A DNA stretch of 64,000 bases from contig CALKGR010000001.1 in NCBI GenBank assembly GCA_938085445.1, positions 64,001 through 128,000 of the forward strand, written 5' to 3'. The translations under genes and the position numbers were made by a program. The notes under the pieces were generated by a model that was not told where the DNA came from, did not search any database, and worked only from the letters and a program-made list of their open reading frames with translations. This DNA is from an uncultured Rubripirellula sp. Its GTDB lineage: Bacteria > Planctomycetota > Planctomycetia > Pirellulales > Pirellulaceae. Below, one piece after another: positions 49,161 to 58,141 of this stretch (within the stretch, counting starts at the first letter, position 1; each line of letters begins with the position of its first letter).

Positions 49161-51976
49161 CACTCGATGATCAGACTCCCCATGACAGCGAGGCAAAACC
49201 AGATCAATCGCCGGCTCCAACCAAGGCGGACCACTTCAATCTCGATAAAATTGGAGAACAGTTCACCGAAGCGATACGAGGAGGTGCCCACCCGAACATC
49301 AATGTGTACCTAAAAATGTATCCAGAGAATGCCGATGAGATACGTGAACTACTGGAATCCATCTCACTCATCGAGACATTCAAGCAGTCAAAGCATGCGG
49401 TATCTGATCCATCCGCAAGGCACACCACTTTTACAGAACTCGACGATTACAAAGTCATTCGTGAAATTGGGCGTGGAGGGATGGGTATCGTACTTGAAGC
49501 TATCCATGAACCACTCAGCCGCAAAGTAGCGATCAAAGTTCTGGCGAACAATCTTCTTGGTGAATCCAAGCATCTGATAAGGTTTCGTCGAGAGGCACGC
49601 GCCGCTGCGAAACTGCGACACACTAACATTGTTCCGGTGTTCGGTTTGGGCACGAGTGGTGAGCATCACTACTACGTCATGGACTACATCGATGGGATGA
49701 GCTTGCATCAATGGCTGACGTCTCTTGACCAAGATCGGTCCCCCGCCGCTCCAACCGTCGACTTTTACTCTGCCAACACATTTTCTGGCGCAAACACTGA
49801 CGAAGCAATTGCAGAAGATGCTTTACAGCAACCTGGTGTAGACTCACCAACGGTTCAAGACACGCAAAGGTACCAGCGTTGGGTTACAGGCTTGGGCATA
49901 TCTGCAGCTGATGCATTGCACTATGCGCACTCACAGGGCGTGTTACATCGTGACATCAAACCTTCGAACCTGCTGCTCGATAGAAGTAACATACTCTGGA
50001 TTGCTGATTTTGGCTTAGCAAAACTTGCCGAGCAAAATGCGGTCACAGCAACGGGCGATATCGTCGGCACTCCTCAATACATGCCACCTGAATCATTTGA
50101 AGGTGAATATGACATACGTAGTGAGGTCTACGCGCTGGGGCTAACACTCTATGAGCTGCTAACCCTAAAGCCGGCCATTGAAGGCAATGGCACGGCAGAC
50201 ATTATCCGCAAAGCCACCCGTGGTGTGACGGTACGACCTCGTAAATTAAATCCCGACATTGCGCAAGACTTGGAAACAATTCTACTGAAGGCTTTGTCGC
50301 ATGATCCGGAGGATCGCTACACAAACGCTGAAGAACTGCGGAAGGATCTGAATTGTTTTCTAACAGATCGTCCCATTGCGGCTCGAAAAACCAATCCCAT
50401 AGAACGGATGATTCGCTGGTCCCGTCGTGAGCCCAAAGTTGCTGCCCTCACGATTACTACTTTCTTATTACTGGGCGCTCTTGCCAGTGTCTCCGCATTT
50501 GGCTTCTGGCAGACCAAGCAGGCACTTAACCAAGCGAAGGCCTCCGAACAAGATTCGATTAAGTCACTTGCATTAGAAACGGCTGCAAAAAATGAAGCAG
50601 ATGCACAAAAAACACTTGCAGAGAAGAACCTGCAGGTCGCCGTGAAAGCACTCAATGAAGTGATGGAGAATATATCCCGCCGTGGAATTGAAACAGGTGC
50701 GGAATTCCTGGCAGAAGTGACCGATACAACCTCTCCAAATGTCTCTGCCGAAGATGCCGAATTGCTTAATTCTCTACTGGGCTTCTTTGATGAACTGGGG
50801 CGTAACAACAGCAAGGATCTACTTGCTGAGTCCGCGATTGCAGCCAAATATGCGGGGGAGATTTGCATGAGGCTGGGTGACTTACACAAAGCAGAACTAG
50901 CCTTCAGTGAATCGCTTAACAGAACTCGCGAACTCGCAGCATGTGACCCGGATGAAACAGCACATATCGTTGCACAAGCTGCCATTCTGAATAAATTGGC
51001 CCTCATTACCGGTCTGCGTGGAAGACTTAAACAAGCAGACGCCATCTTTTTCAGAACCAAACGTTTATTGCAATCTTGCCCTGATGTCATGGCCACTGCA
51101 GAAGGACGTTTCCATTATGCGATTGCACACCGACTGGTGGCATCACATGCAACACGAATTGGAATTGATGAACCAAGTCCATACCAGGGCGCAGGTCGGA
51201 CTTGGCTAGCACGAAGACTGCGTCTGACCGAACCCAAGCCAGGGATCGACAGTGCCAATGCCGTGCTTCGAGAAGCCATTGACGTTTTAACCAGATTAAC
51301 CAACGAACACCCTGAGAATCAGCACTATCAGGTAGAACTTGCGAGAGCCTATCGAGACAAGGCAGTGACCGCTTCACTTGCCCGACGCCGGACCGAAGCA
51401 GAAAATTCAATTCAGCGATCAATTGCTTTATTTCGCGAATTGCTCTCTGCAAATCCCACCTTGGATGCGATCCGATATGAGCTTGCATTAACGCTCTGCA
51501 GCACTGCAACTTTCAACATGGATCAGGTCCGCCGATCAGTTGAGGCACATGAACTGTGCCAAAAACTGTTGGAAACGTCACCCCACCTGCCTCATGTAAA
51601 GGCACTGTATGCTTCCACGCTAGCAAATCTCGCCGAACGTCAAATGCGACTCGCAAAATATAAAACTGCCGAAGATACTTGGAAAGAAGTTCTTCAAATC
51701 TATGAGTCCCTGATCCAAACCTCACCCAATGTTCTCCTTTACAAACGTCGTCATAGCGACACGTTTGAATCACTTGCGGAATTGAAAGGAAAACAGGGCG
51801 ACCGCAATGCTGCACAGGCGTATCTGGAACAAGCCATCGAAGGTCTGCGACGCGCCATCAAACGCAGCCCTGACTCACCTGTAATGCGTCTGCAACTGAA
51901 TCGATTGATTCAACGTGCACGCCGCCAAGCCAATGCAGAAAAAACAATCGGGTCCGAACGTGTGGATGAAGAATAA
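49157..51976 (+). CDS. Ser/Thr protein kinase with hydrophobic segment and TPR-like helical C-terminus
   Basis: IGRGGMGIV, VAIKVL, HRDIKPSN, DFGLAK, GTPQYMPPE; ATGA overlap with the sigma gene. Confidence 0.93.
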   Translation: MTLDDQTPHDSEAKPDQSPAPTKADHFNLDKIGEQFTEAIRGGAHPNINVYLKMYPENADEIRELLESISLIETFKQSKHAVSDPSARHTTFTELDDYKVIREIGRGGMGIVLEAIHEPLSRKVAIKVLANNLLGESKHLIRFRREARAAAKLRHTNIVPVFGLGTSGEHHYYVMDYIDGMSLHQWLTSLDQDRSPAAPTVDFYSANTFSGANTDEAIAEDALQQPGVDSPTVQDTQRYQRWVTGLGISAADALHYAHSQGVLHRDIKPSNLLLDRSNILWIADFGLAKLAEQNAVTATGDIVGTPQYMPPESFEGEYDIRSEVYALGLTLYELLTLKPAIEGNGTADIIRKATRGVTVRPRKLNPDIAQDLETILLKALSHDPEDRYTNAEELRKDLNCFLTDRPIAARKTNPIERMIRWSRREPKVAALTITTFLLLGALASVSAFGFWQTKQALNQAKASEQDSIKSLALETAAKNEADAQKTLAEKNLQVAVKALNEVMENISRRGIETGAEFLAEVTDTTSPNVSAEDAELLNSLLGFFDELGRNNSKDLLAESAIAAKYAGEICMRLGDLHKAELAFSESLNRTRELAACDPDETAHIVAQAAILNKLALITGLRGRLKQADAIFFRTKRLLQSCPDVMATAEGRFHYAIAHRLVASHATRIGIDEPSPYQGAGRTWLARRLRLTEPKPGIDSANAVLREAIDVLTRLTNEHPENQHYQVELARAYRDKAVTASLARRRTEAENSIQRSIALFRELLSANPTLDAIRYELALTLCSTATFNMDQVRRSVEAHELCQKLLETSPHLPHVKALYASTLANLAERQMRLAKYKTAEDTWKEVLQIYESLIQTSPNVLLYKRRHSDTFESLAELKGKQGDRNAAQAYLEQAIEGLRRAIKRSPDSPVMRLQLNRLIQRARRQANAEKTIGSERVDEE

Positions 51977-52114
51977 AGGCCACCTGCCCATGATTGTTTC
52001 CAGCCTGCCAGCCCTCGAGGTCGCCGTGACCGCCGCCTGCACAAGATGAAAGTCATTTGCCACGCCCACGAACTCGCCCAAATCACTAGCAAGTGTGAAC
52101 ACCTGCTGAGCTCG

Positions 52115-52606
52115 TTAGCGAAACCAGAATTCAAGGATATCCTCAACACGCTCTTCTTCCAGCATTTCATGCGCGACCAACTCGTCGGACAGTGCCGCAA
52201 TGGCTGCCCAAACTCGATCCAGTTGCACTTGTCGCCTCAGCTCCACCATGATCTTTTCCAATGCCGCCATGCGTTGCCTCTCATCAGCCCACATCGGTGT
52301 TGCTGTTCGCCAAGCCTGCGCCCAGTCGTGCTGCCAAGGCCCGTAGAACGCGGGGTGAAAGGGTTCGTCTCGATAGACCATCTCGGCTACTGGGCCAGCG
52401 AGTATTGTTAAGATCTCTCGTTTTCGCTGCCAATCAAGATCAGGATCAACCCGTCCCCACTGAATACGACACTCCCCAAAACGAGCTGGTAACCAATCAT
52501 CTGCTTCACCACCAAGCTGCATACCCTGAACTGTCCCACCCAACGCATAGGCAATCACTGCATGCCCAGACTCATGGTAGGCAGTGAGCGTTTCATCATC
52601 CATCAC
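52115..52606 (-). CDS. Small HExxH zinc-peptidase-like protein (M41/M50-like)
   Basis: TAYHESGHAV, LAGPVAE. Confidence 0.75.
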   Translation of the reverse strand: MMDDETLTAYHESGHAVIAYALGGTVQGMQLGGEADDWLPARFGECRIQWGRVDPDLDWQRKREILTILAGPVAEMVYRDEPFHPAFYGPWQHDWAQAWRTATPMWADERQRMAALEKIMVELRRQVQLDRVWAAIAALSDELVAHEMLEEERVEDILEFWFR

Positions 52607-52699
52607 TTTGTTGTCACCTGTGCTAAACTGCGTTTACCTGACAACATATTGAAACTAAGACTCAACGAAAACCTCGCCCTGTAAGGAAGAGTGACCAAG

Positions 52700-53740
52700 A
52701 TGAAAGCGATGTTACTGACCGCGTACGAACAGATGGAAGTCACAGAAGTTAACGAGCCTGAAGTTGGACCAGATGATGTCCTGATTCAGGTAGAAGCTTG
52801 TGGCATTTGCGGCAGTGACATCCACGGATTTGACGGTAGCACTGGTCGAAGGATCCCACCCCTCGTCATGGGCCACGAGGCATCAGGAATTGTCGTGGGC
52901 ACCGGTTCGAATGTATCAGATCTCCCGGATGGTACCCGCGTCACCTTTGATTCCATGGTTTCATGCGGACAATGTGACTTTTGCCGACAAGGAAGTGGAA
53001 ATCTCTGCGACAACCGTATGGTACTAGGGGTCTCATGCGAAGAGTACCGCCGGCATGGTGCTTTTGCTGAGCGAATCAGTGTGCCACGAAGGATTGTCTA
53101 CCAACTACCGGATAGCTTGCCCTTTGAAGAAGCTGCGCTTGTTGAAGCTGTTTCCGTAGCAGTTCACGCCGCTAATGTCACTCCGATCTCCCTCGGTGAC
53201 ACAGCTGTTGTTGTTGGCGCGGGCATGATCGGTTTATTGACTCTACAAGCAGCTCGCGCTGCGGGCGCTTCGCGTATCATCGCAATTGACTTGAATGAAA
53301 AACGCCTTGAGGTCGCAAAACAACTCGGCGCCGACGAAATCATACGGGGTGACCAGTGCAATGCTGCTGAGGTGATCATGAAGCTTACCAACGGTCGGGG
53401 TGCTGATATTGCATTTGAAGTCGTTGGTACGACACCGACGGTAAGAACAGCAATTGAATGTGTGCGAAAAGGCGGTAATGTGACGCTGGTGGGTAACGTC
53501 TCGCCAACCATTGACTTGCCGCTGCAATCAGTCGTAACAAGGGAAATCTCGCTGCATGGAACCTGTGGTTGCAACGGTGAGTACCCAGAATGCATCGATT
53601 TAATGAATCGAGGAATCATCAATGTCAAGCCGCTGATTACCGCCACAATCCCACTTAGCGATGGTCCCAAGTGGTTTGAGAGACTTCATGCAGGTGACCC
53701 GGATCAGATGAAGGTCGTTGTGCAACCCCGCCAAACATAA
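52700..53740 (+). CDS. Zinc-dependent sugar-alcohol dehydrogenase (MDR family)
   Basis: CGICGSD, MGHEASG, CGQCDFC...C, VGAGMIGL. Confidence 0.9.
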   Translation: MKAMLLTAYEQMEVTEVNEPEVGPDDVLIQVEACGICGSDIHGFDGSTGRRIPPLVMGHEASGIVVGTGSNVSDLPDGTRVTFDSMVSCGQCDFCRQGSGNLCDNRMVLGVSCEEYRRHGAFAERISVPRRIVYQLPDSLPFEEAALVEAVSVAVHAANVTPISLGDTAVVVGAGMIGLLTLQAARAAGASRIIAIDLNEKRLEVAKQLGADEIIRGDQCNAAEVIMKLTNGRGADIAFEVVGTTPTVRTAIECVRKGGNVTLVGNVSPTIDLPLQSVVTREISLHGTCGCNGEYPECIDLMNRGIINVKPLITATIPLSDGPKWFERLHAGDPDQMKVVVQPRQT

Positions 53741-53789
53741 TTCCCGTTCATATCCGTTTGGAAACAAAAGACGAGCTGTGTTGTTCAGA

Positions 53790-54695
53790 TCAAACAACTT
53801 CAAGATCAGATTTAACAAGGACAACACTACTGTTGCCCGATTGAAAAATGATGTCATCCATAAAGCTTGTCATCAACACGAAACCACGACACTGCTCGAT
53901 TTCAAACGACTCCGCAGTCCCCGGTGCTGGGGTCAAGCGGGTCAAGCGGCCGGGGCCATCATGTGATATGAAAAACCGCGTATCGACAGTACTTACAGAG
54001 ACTCGCAACTGCACCTTTCTGTCACGGTATGGATGAACAGCAGCTCGGTCTCGCACCTCATCGTTGTTGCGTGAATCCTCTGTGAACATGCGACTGACGA
54101 CTGGATCTTCTTCCTTGATCTCCAAATTTCCATAGCACATAGCATTGAACAAGGCGCTCGATAGAGCCGCCCCGACACGTATCCTCTGAACGGTGGAAAG
54201 ACCAGTGGCAGCGGCCAATGTCTGCACGACGTACAAGACCGCGGGCTCGATCGCTGCGATGTCATTGGGTAATTCAATGCTGAATTCCGGGTTCTCTAAA
54301 TGCCCGGAAAAGTGTTGGAAAATTGCGTTGACCTCAACCATCGACAAGGTTTGACGCACAACATGATTCAGCAATTTCTGCAAGGAATTCTTGGGCACAA
54401 AGTTCACTGCACCAACAGCTAACGCGTCAACAGCTAACCCCTCTGAACCTCTCGCGGTCACGACAATACAGGGCAGATCGGGATCTTCCCCGACAACTTT
54501 CTCAACCAATTCGCACCCATTCAACTTGGGCATATGCAAATCGGTCACCAACAAGTCAGGTCGCGATGCTTGAAACGCCTCCCAGGCCAATTGCCCATCA
54601 ACCACACAATCCACACGATGACCGTCCTGCTCCAACAAAGCACGCATTAACGCGGTATGCGTTGAACTGTCTTCGGCTAGCAGAATTGTCGCCAT
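53790..54695 (-). CDS. Response regulator fused to an RsbW-like HATPase domain
   Basis: LLAEDS, DLLVTDLHMP, VTARG, FVPK; C-terminal NAMCYGN, HDGPG, RGFVLMTSFMD. Confidence 0.85.
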   Translation of the reverse strand: MATILLAEDSSTHTALMRALLEQDGHRVDCVVDGQLAWEAFQASRPDLLVTDLHMPKLNGCELVEKVVGEDPDLPCIVVTARGSEGLAVDALAVGAVNFVPKNSLQKLLNHVVRQTLSMVEVNAIFQHFSGHLENPEFSIELPNDIAAIEPAVLYVVQTLAAATGLSTVQRIRVGAALSSALFNAMCYGNLEIKEEDPVVSRMFTEDSRNNDEVRDRAAVHPYRDRKVQLRVSVSTVDTRFFISHDGPGRLTRLTPAPGTAESFEIEQCRGFVLMTSFMDDIIFQSGNSSVVLVKSDLEVV

Positions 54696-55097
54696 GGAAT
54701 CCTTTTACCGTCCCTAACCACCCTATCTGACAATCTCAACATACTGCCGATTCATCTTGTACATCATATTGTACAGGCTGTGGTGTTTCAGCTTCTTTTT
54801 TCCAGATGAAATATCAGCATTACAAATTCCAAAAAAAATTGCCAAACTATCCATAAATGAAAGACTTACTTTTTGCTATTCACCCGAACGTCCATCAACT
54901 GCTAGACCCAACCACAACAGATGTGGATTCATCATGCAGAAACTTGCATGTCACGACGATCATCAAAATCTGGCCCGTATCGTCTGCAAATCGGAATAGG
55001 ACATCTGATTTGAAACATGCGTACTTCAATCGTTTGCCAAAAGCGAAAATACAAACCATACGCGTCGCCACAACATTTAATTCTTCAGAGTACCCTG

Positions 55098-55757
55098 ATG
55101 CCGTACTTCCGTGTTCATGACAGTCACAAATTGATTCTGACCAACTATAAAGTCATGTTCTCGTCATTCTCTGACACCAACAACTTCACCAAAATCAAAC
55201 GGTACCAAGCGCACTTTCTGTTGCAGCAAGATCGCACACAAGTACATTTCACTGTTCGCGATCCCTATCGAAAAACTATGTCGCTGTACAAAGACAAGTT
55301 TCAGTGGACACCGCTGAATGCGGACCTCACTAAACCAGTTAAATGGGAAAAACCACAGCGAATTTTCTTTCCCTTCATGGGACTTTCAACCAAACGAGAC
55401 AGTGACCAAAAGATTCAGGAGACTCTGGTCAATACGTCGTTTGATGAGTTCGTTGAACTATTGGCACAGTGCTATTGGCACGATGAGCACAGCCAACCTC
55501 AGCACTGGATTCTTGATCACCCGCGTTATGTGCTCTTCAGAAAACTTCATTTGAACCCGAATCGGCTTACCCTTTATAAAATGGAAGAGCCTGAGGAACT
55601 CGATGCCTTTGCGCTGTCGACTGGCTTTGACAATAGCAAACGCGTCAATAGCACTGCTCAGATCACTACCCCCAAAGCACTCAGTCCCGAATCAATCAAG
55701 ACCATCAACAATATCTATAAAAAAGATTTTGCTGACTACGGTTACCAGATGCGTTAA
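55098..55757 (+). CDS. Sulfotransferase family 2-like protein
   Basis: NYKVMFSS, FTVRDPYRKTMSLY, DEHSQPQ, IYKKDFADYGY resemble PAPS-binding and C-terminal motifs. Confidence 0.6.
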   Translation: MPYFRVHDSHKLILTNYKVMFSSFSDTNNFTKIKRYQAHFLLQQDRTQVHFTVRDPYRKTMSLYKDKFQWTPLNADLTKPVKWEKPQRIFFPFMGLSTKRDSDQKIQETLVNTSFDEFVELLAQCYWHDEHSQPQHWILDHPRYVLFRKLHLNPNRLTLYKMEEPEELDAFALSTGFDNSKRVNSTAQITTPKALSPESIKTINNIYKKDFADYGYQMR

Positions 55758-55847
55758 ATGCAATGAACCACACGTACAGACGAGTGACCAAAGCGAGTCG
55801 AGCAAGCGGTCAAACCATTCACCTGTGCACCGTCAAATAACGCGTTT

Positions 55848-56477
55848 TCACAAAGCTCTAGGCTCGGAAAAACCAGGCAAGTCTGGCTCGAGGAAGTATC
55901 CAACTCCGGACTGACGAAGACAGTCAGCCTGCGACTGAGACGCGGGCGTTAATTCTTGACAATCTTGACGGACAATGTCATCCGCCGCTTTGTCACCAGA
56001 GCTAGAACCGTGAGATTGACTCTTCCTGGTCCTAATGAAGTCAGAAATTGACCGCGATGTTCCCTGCGCTGGAGAAGAAACTCGAAGCATCTTCCTTACT
56101 CCATTTAACCGTTCCAATGAAACCAACGCGGCTTGCCTTGCCAAATCTTGATGCTCAGAATTCACTAACTCAGCAAGTGCCATAACCTCAACTTCGAATT
56201 TTGCCAACTCATCCAACAAACGTTGCTCAGACTCACTCTGGTTCGTTTGCCCCCTCTTCAATTCAAATTCCCGATTCAACCCGGACAGATTCTGCCGGCC
56301 ACTGGAATGTTCCTTGTCATCATAACGAGCAAGCGTCTCAGTACGATCCACTTGAATCGCCCTTGGCGCCTCGATCCCAAGCTGGACTTTTGACTTCTTC
56401 AACTGAATGACCCGAACACAGACGTTCAGATCGCGAAATTCTATCGACTCGCCTTCTTTCCTTGACAACACCAACAT
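55848..56477 (-). CDS. CsrA-domain protein with ~150-aa C-terminal extension
   Basis: MLVLSRKEGESI...VQLGIEAPRAIQVDRTE; GGGAGG RBS upstream. Confidence 0.88.
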   Translation of the reverse strand: MLVLSRKEGESIEFRDLNVCVRVIQLKKSKVQLGIEAPRAIQVDRTETLARYDDKEHSSGRQNLSGLNREFELKRGQTNQSESEQRLLDELAKFEVEVMALAELVNSEHQDLARQAALVSLERLNGVRKMLRVSSPAQGTSRSISDFIRTRKSQSHGSSSGDKAADDIVRQDCQELTPASQSQADCLRQSGVGYFLEPDLPGFSEPRAL

Positions 56478-56734
56478 TTGAACACCTCCCTATTCACAGA
56501 CCTAGCCAACGCGAGACAACCTAACGCCGCCAGGTACTAAACACAAGTTCAGTATTTGCATTTTTTTGATGTGAATTGCAAGCAATTATGCTCATTTCGT
56601 TCACCACTCACCCAAACGTTGATCCCACAACGAACAACAGAAATCACCTGCAGTCTTTATCCTCGCAGCTCAGACTGCGGTGAACATCGACCAGCCTTAG
56701 TGGTCGTGATTCCTGCACAAGCACGGAGCTCCAT

Positions 56735-57709
56735 TCAGGGATGCTTGTCAAACCAGGCAATGGTCGCGGAAGCAATGCCCTCATGTCCGCCGTCAAAAAT
56801 AGTCAGTCGCGCTTTTCCACTGTAACGTCGCAAAAAATACTTTCGATTGAAAGTTGGATCGAAGCCTTCATCACCTGCTCTCGCCGGTTCCAACTTTCCG
56901 GGCCGTGACAATTGCGACATTTCGATCTCAGTGACTGGCTGGTCACCCCTCGCTTCCGCGATTCGATTAAAGACGTTGATTGAATGGCTGATAGGAACGC
57001 TTCCTTCATGCCCATCCTTGAGCCCGGCGCTGATGTCGAGCGCTACGTCACGCGCGTCTGCCGCATATGTGATGGGACTGCGAGCTTGATACTGCGAATC
57101 TACCTCCAACGAGAAACCGGGAGGTCCGCCACAACACTGTTCGATCATTTTGCCGTACTTGGTCTCACGGTGCCGTGCATGCCACTCTGCGAGATCACTG
57201 ATGCCAACCCATGCGCTTGCAGCTCGCCACAACTTGGGATTTCTTGCAGCCATCAACATTGTCATATGGCCACCGCCCGATGTCCCTGTCAAATAAATTC
57301 TGTCTGCATCGACTTGATAGTGCTCAGTAACCCACGCAATTGCATCAAGAATGTCCTGCTGGGCCAACCTTGATCCACATGCTTGCGGGCTACGATTGAC
57401 ACCACGAAAATTCGGAAACAGATAAATCCAACCTCTGCCATGCACAAGTTTCTCGAGTTCATTACGCTGCGATAAATCCGCGCTCCAAGAATGAAGGCTG
57501 ACAACCAAAGGAACAGGTTTGTGCAACTGGTTACCTGAGGAGGGAGCAATCAGAATCGCTTCCTGAATACTGTCGTCCATTGAGCTTTTGAATTGAATTC
57601 GCTCGCGCTGCATCGCCACCGCTGGCTCGTCCGCGCATACTTCAGTCCTACTTGAGACTGCAGATATTAAAATCGCAAATAAAAAGCAGAAGCCCGAAAT
57701 ACGAATCAT
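56735..57709 (-). CDS. Secreted alpha/beta hydrolase (S9 peptidase/esterase-like)
   Basis: PLVVSLHSWS, GTSGGG nucleophile elbow, FDGGHE. Confidence 0.85.
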   Translation of the reverse strand: MIRISGFCFLFAILISAVSSRTEVCADEPAVAMQRERIQFKSSMDDSIQEAILIAPSSGNQLHKPVPLVVSLHSWSADLSQRNELEKLVHGRGWIYLFPNFRGVNRSPQACGSRLAQQDILDAIAWVTEHYQVDADRIYLTGTSGGGHMTMLMAARNPKLWRAASAWVGISDLAEWHARHRETKYGKMIEQCCGGPPGFSLEVDSQYQARSPITYAADARDVALDISAGLKDGHEGSVPISHSINVFNRIAEARGDQPVTEIEMSQLSRPGKLEPARAGDEGFDPTFNRKYFLRRYSGKARLTIFDGGHEGIASATIAWFDKHP

Positions 57710-58141
57710 AGAATTGGCCCATTTGAATAAGAAGATTTTGATTGCAACGAAAGCAAATCGAACAACACCTCGCAGCCTCGGCCATGCCATGCGTTAAGGC
57801 CAGGCATGGAGTCGACTTCAGAGACGCCTTTGTGTAATTCTGATTTATACCAAGATACGGAAGCCGGCAGCATCAAAAGTACTGTCAGAAGCTTTCCAGC
57901 CGGCTTCATCGCATTCCCTGTGAGCAGATCACTCTTCGTCAAACCCGTCTCCAAAATGACGCCTTTTGTATTATGCAAGCTCTCACTTCCAGATTTTTCG
58001 AGAATGAAAACGCTATTTGCATTGATCACAGCGTGATTATGGGTAAGTACCACAATGCCCTCCAACACTCTCTTTCGTAAGCCAGACTCGGCAGTCATAC
58101 TCTTTGAATGGAATCAAGTTGGGAATGCTTAGGAGCGGTTA

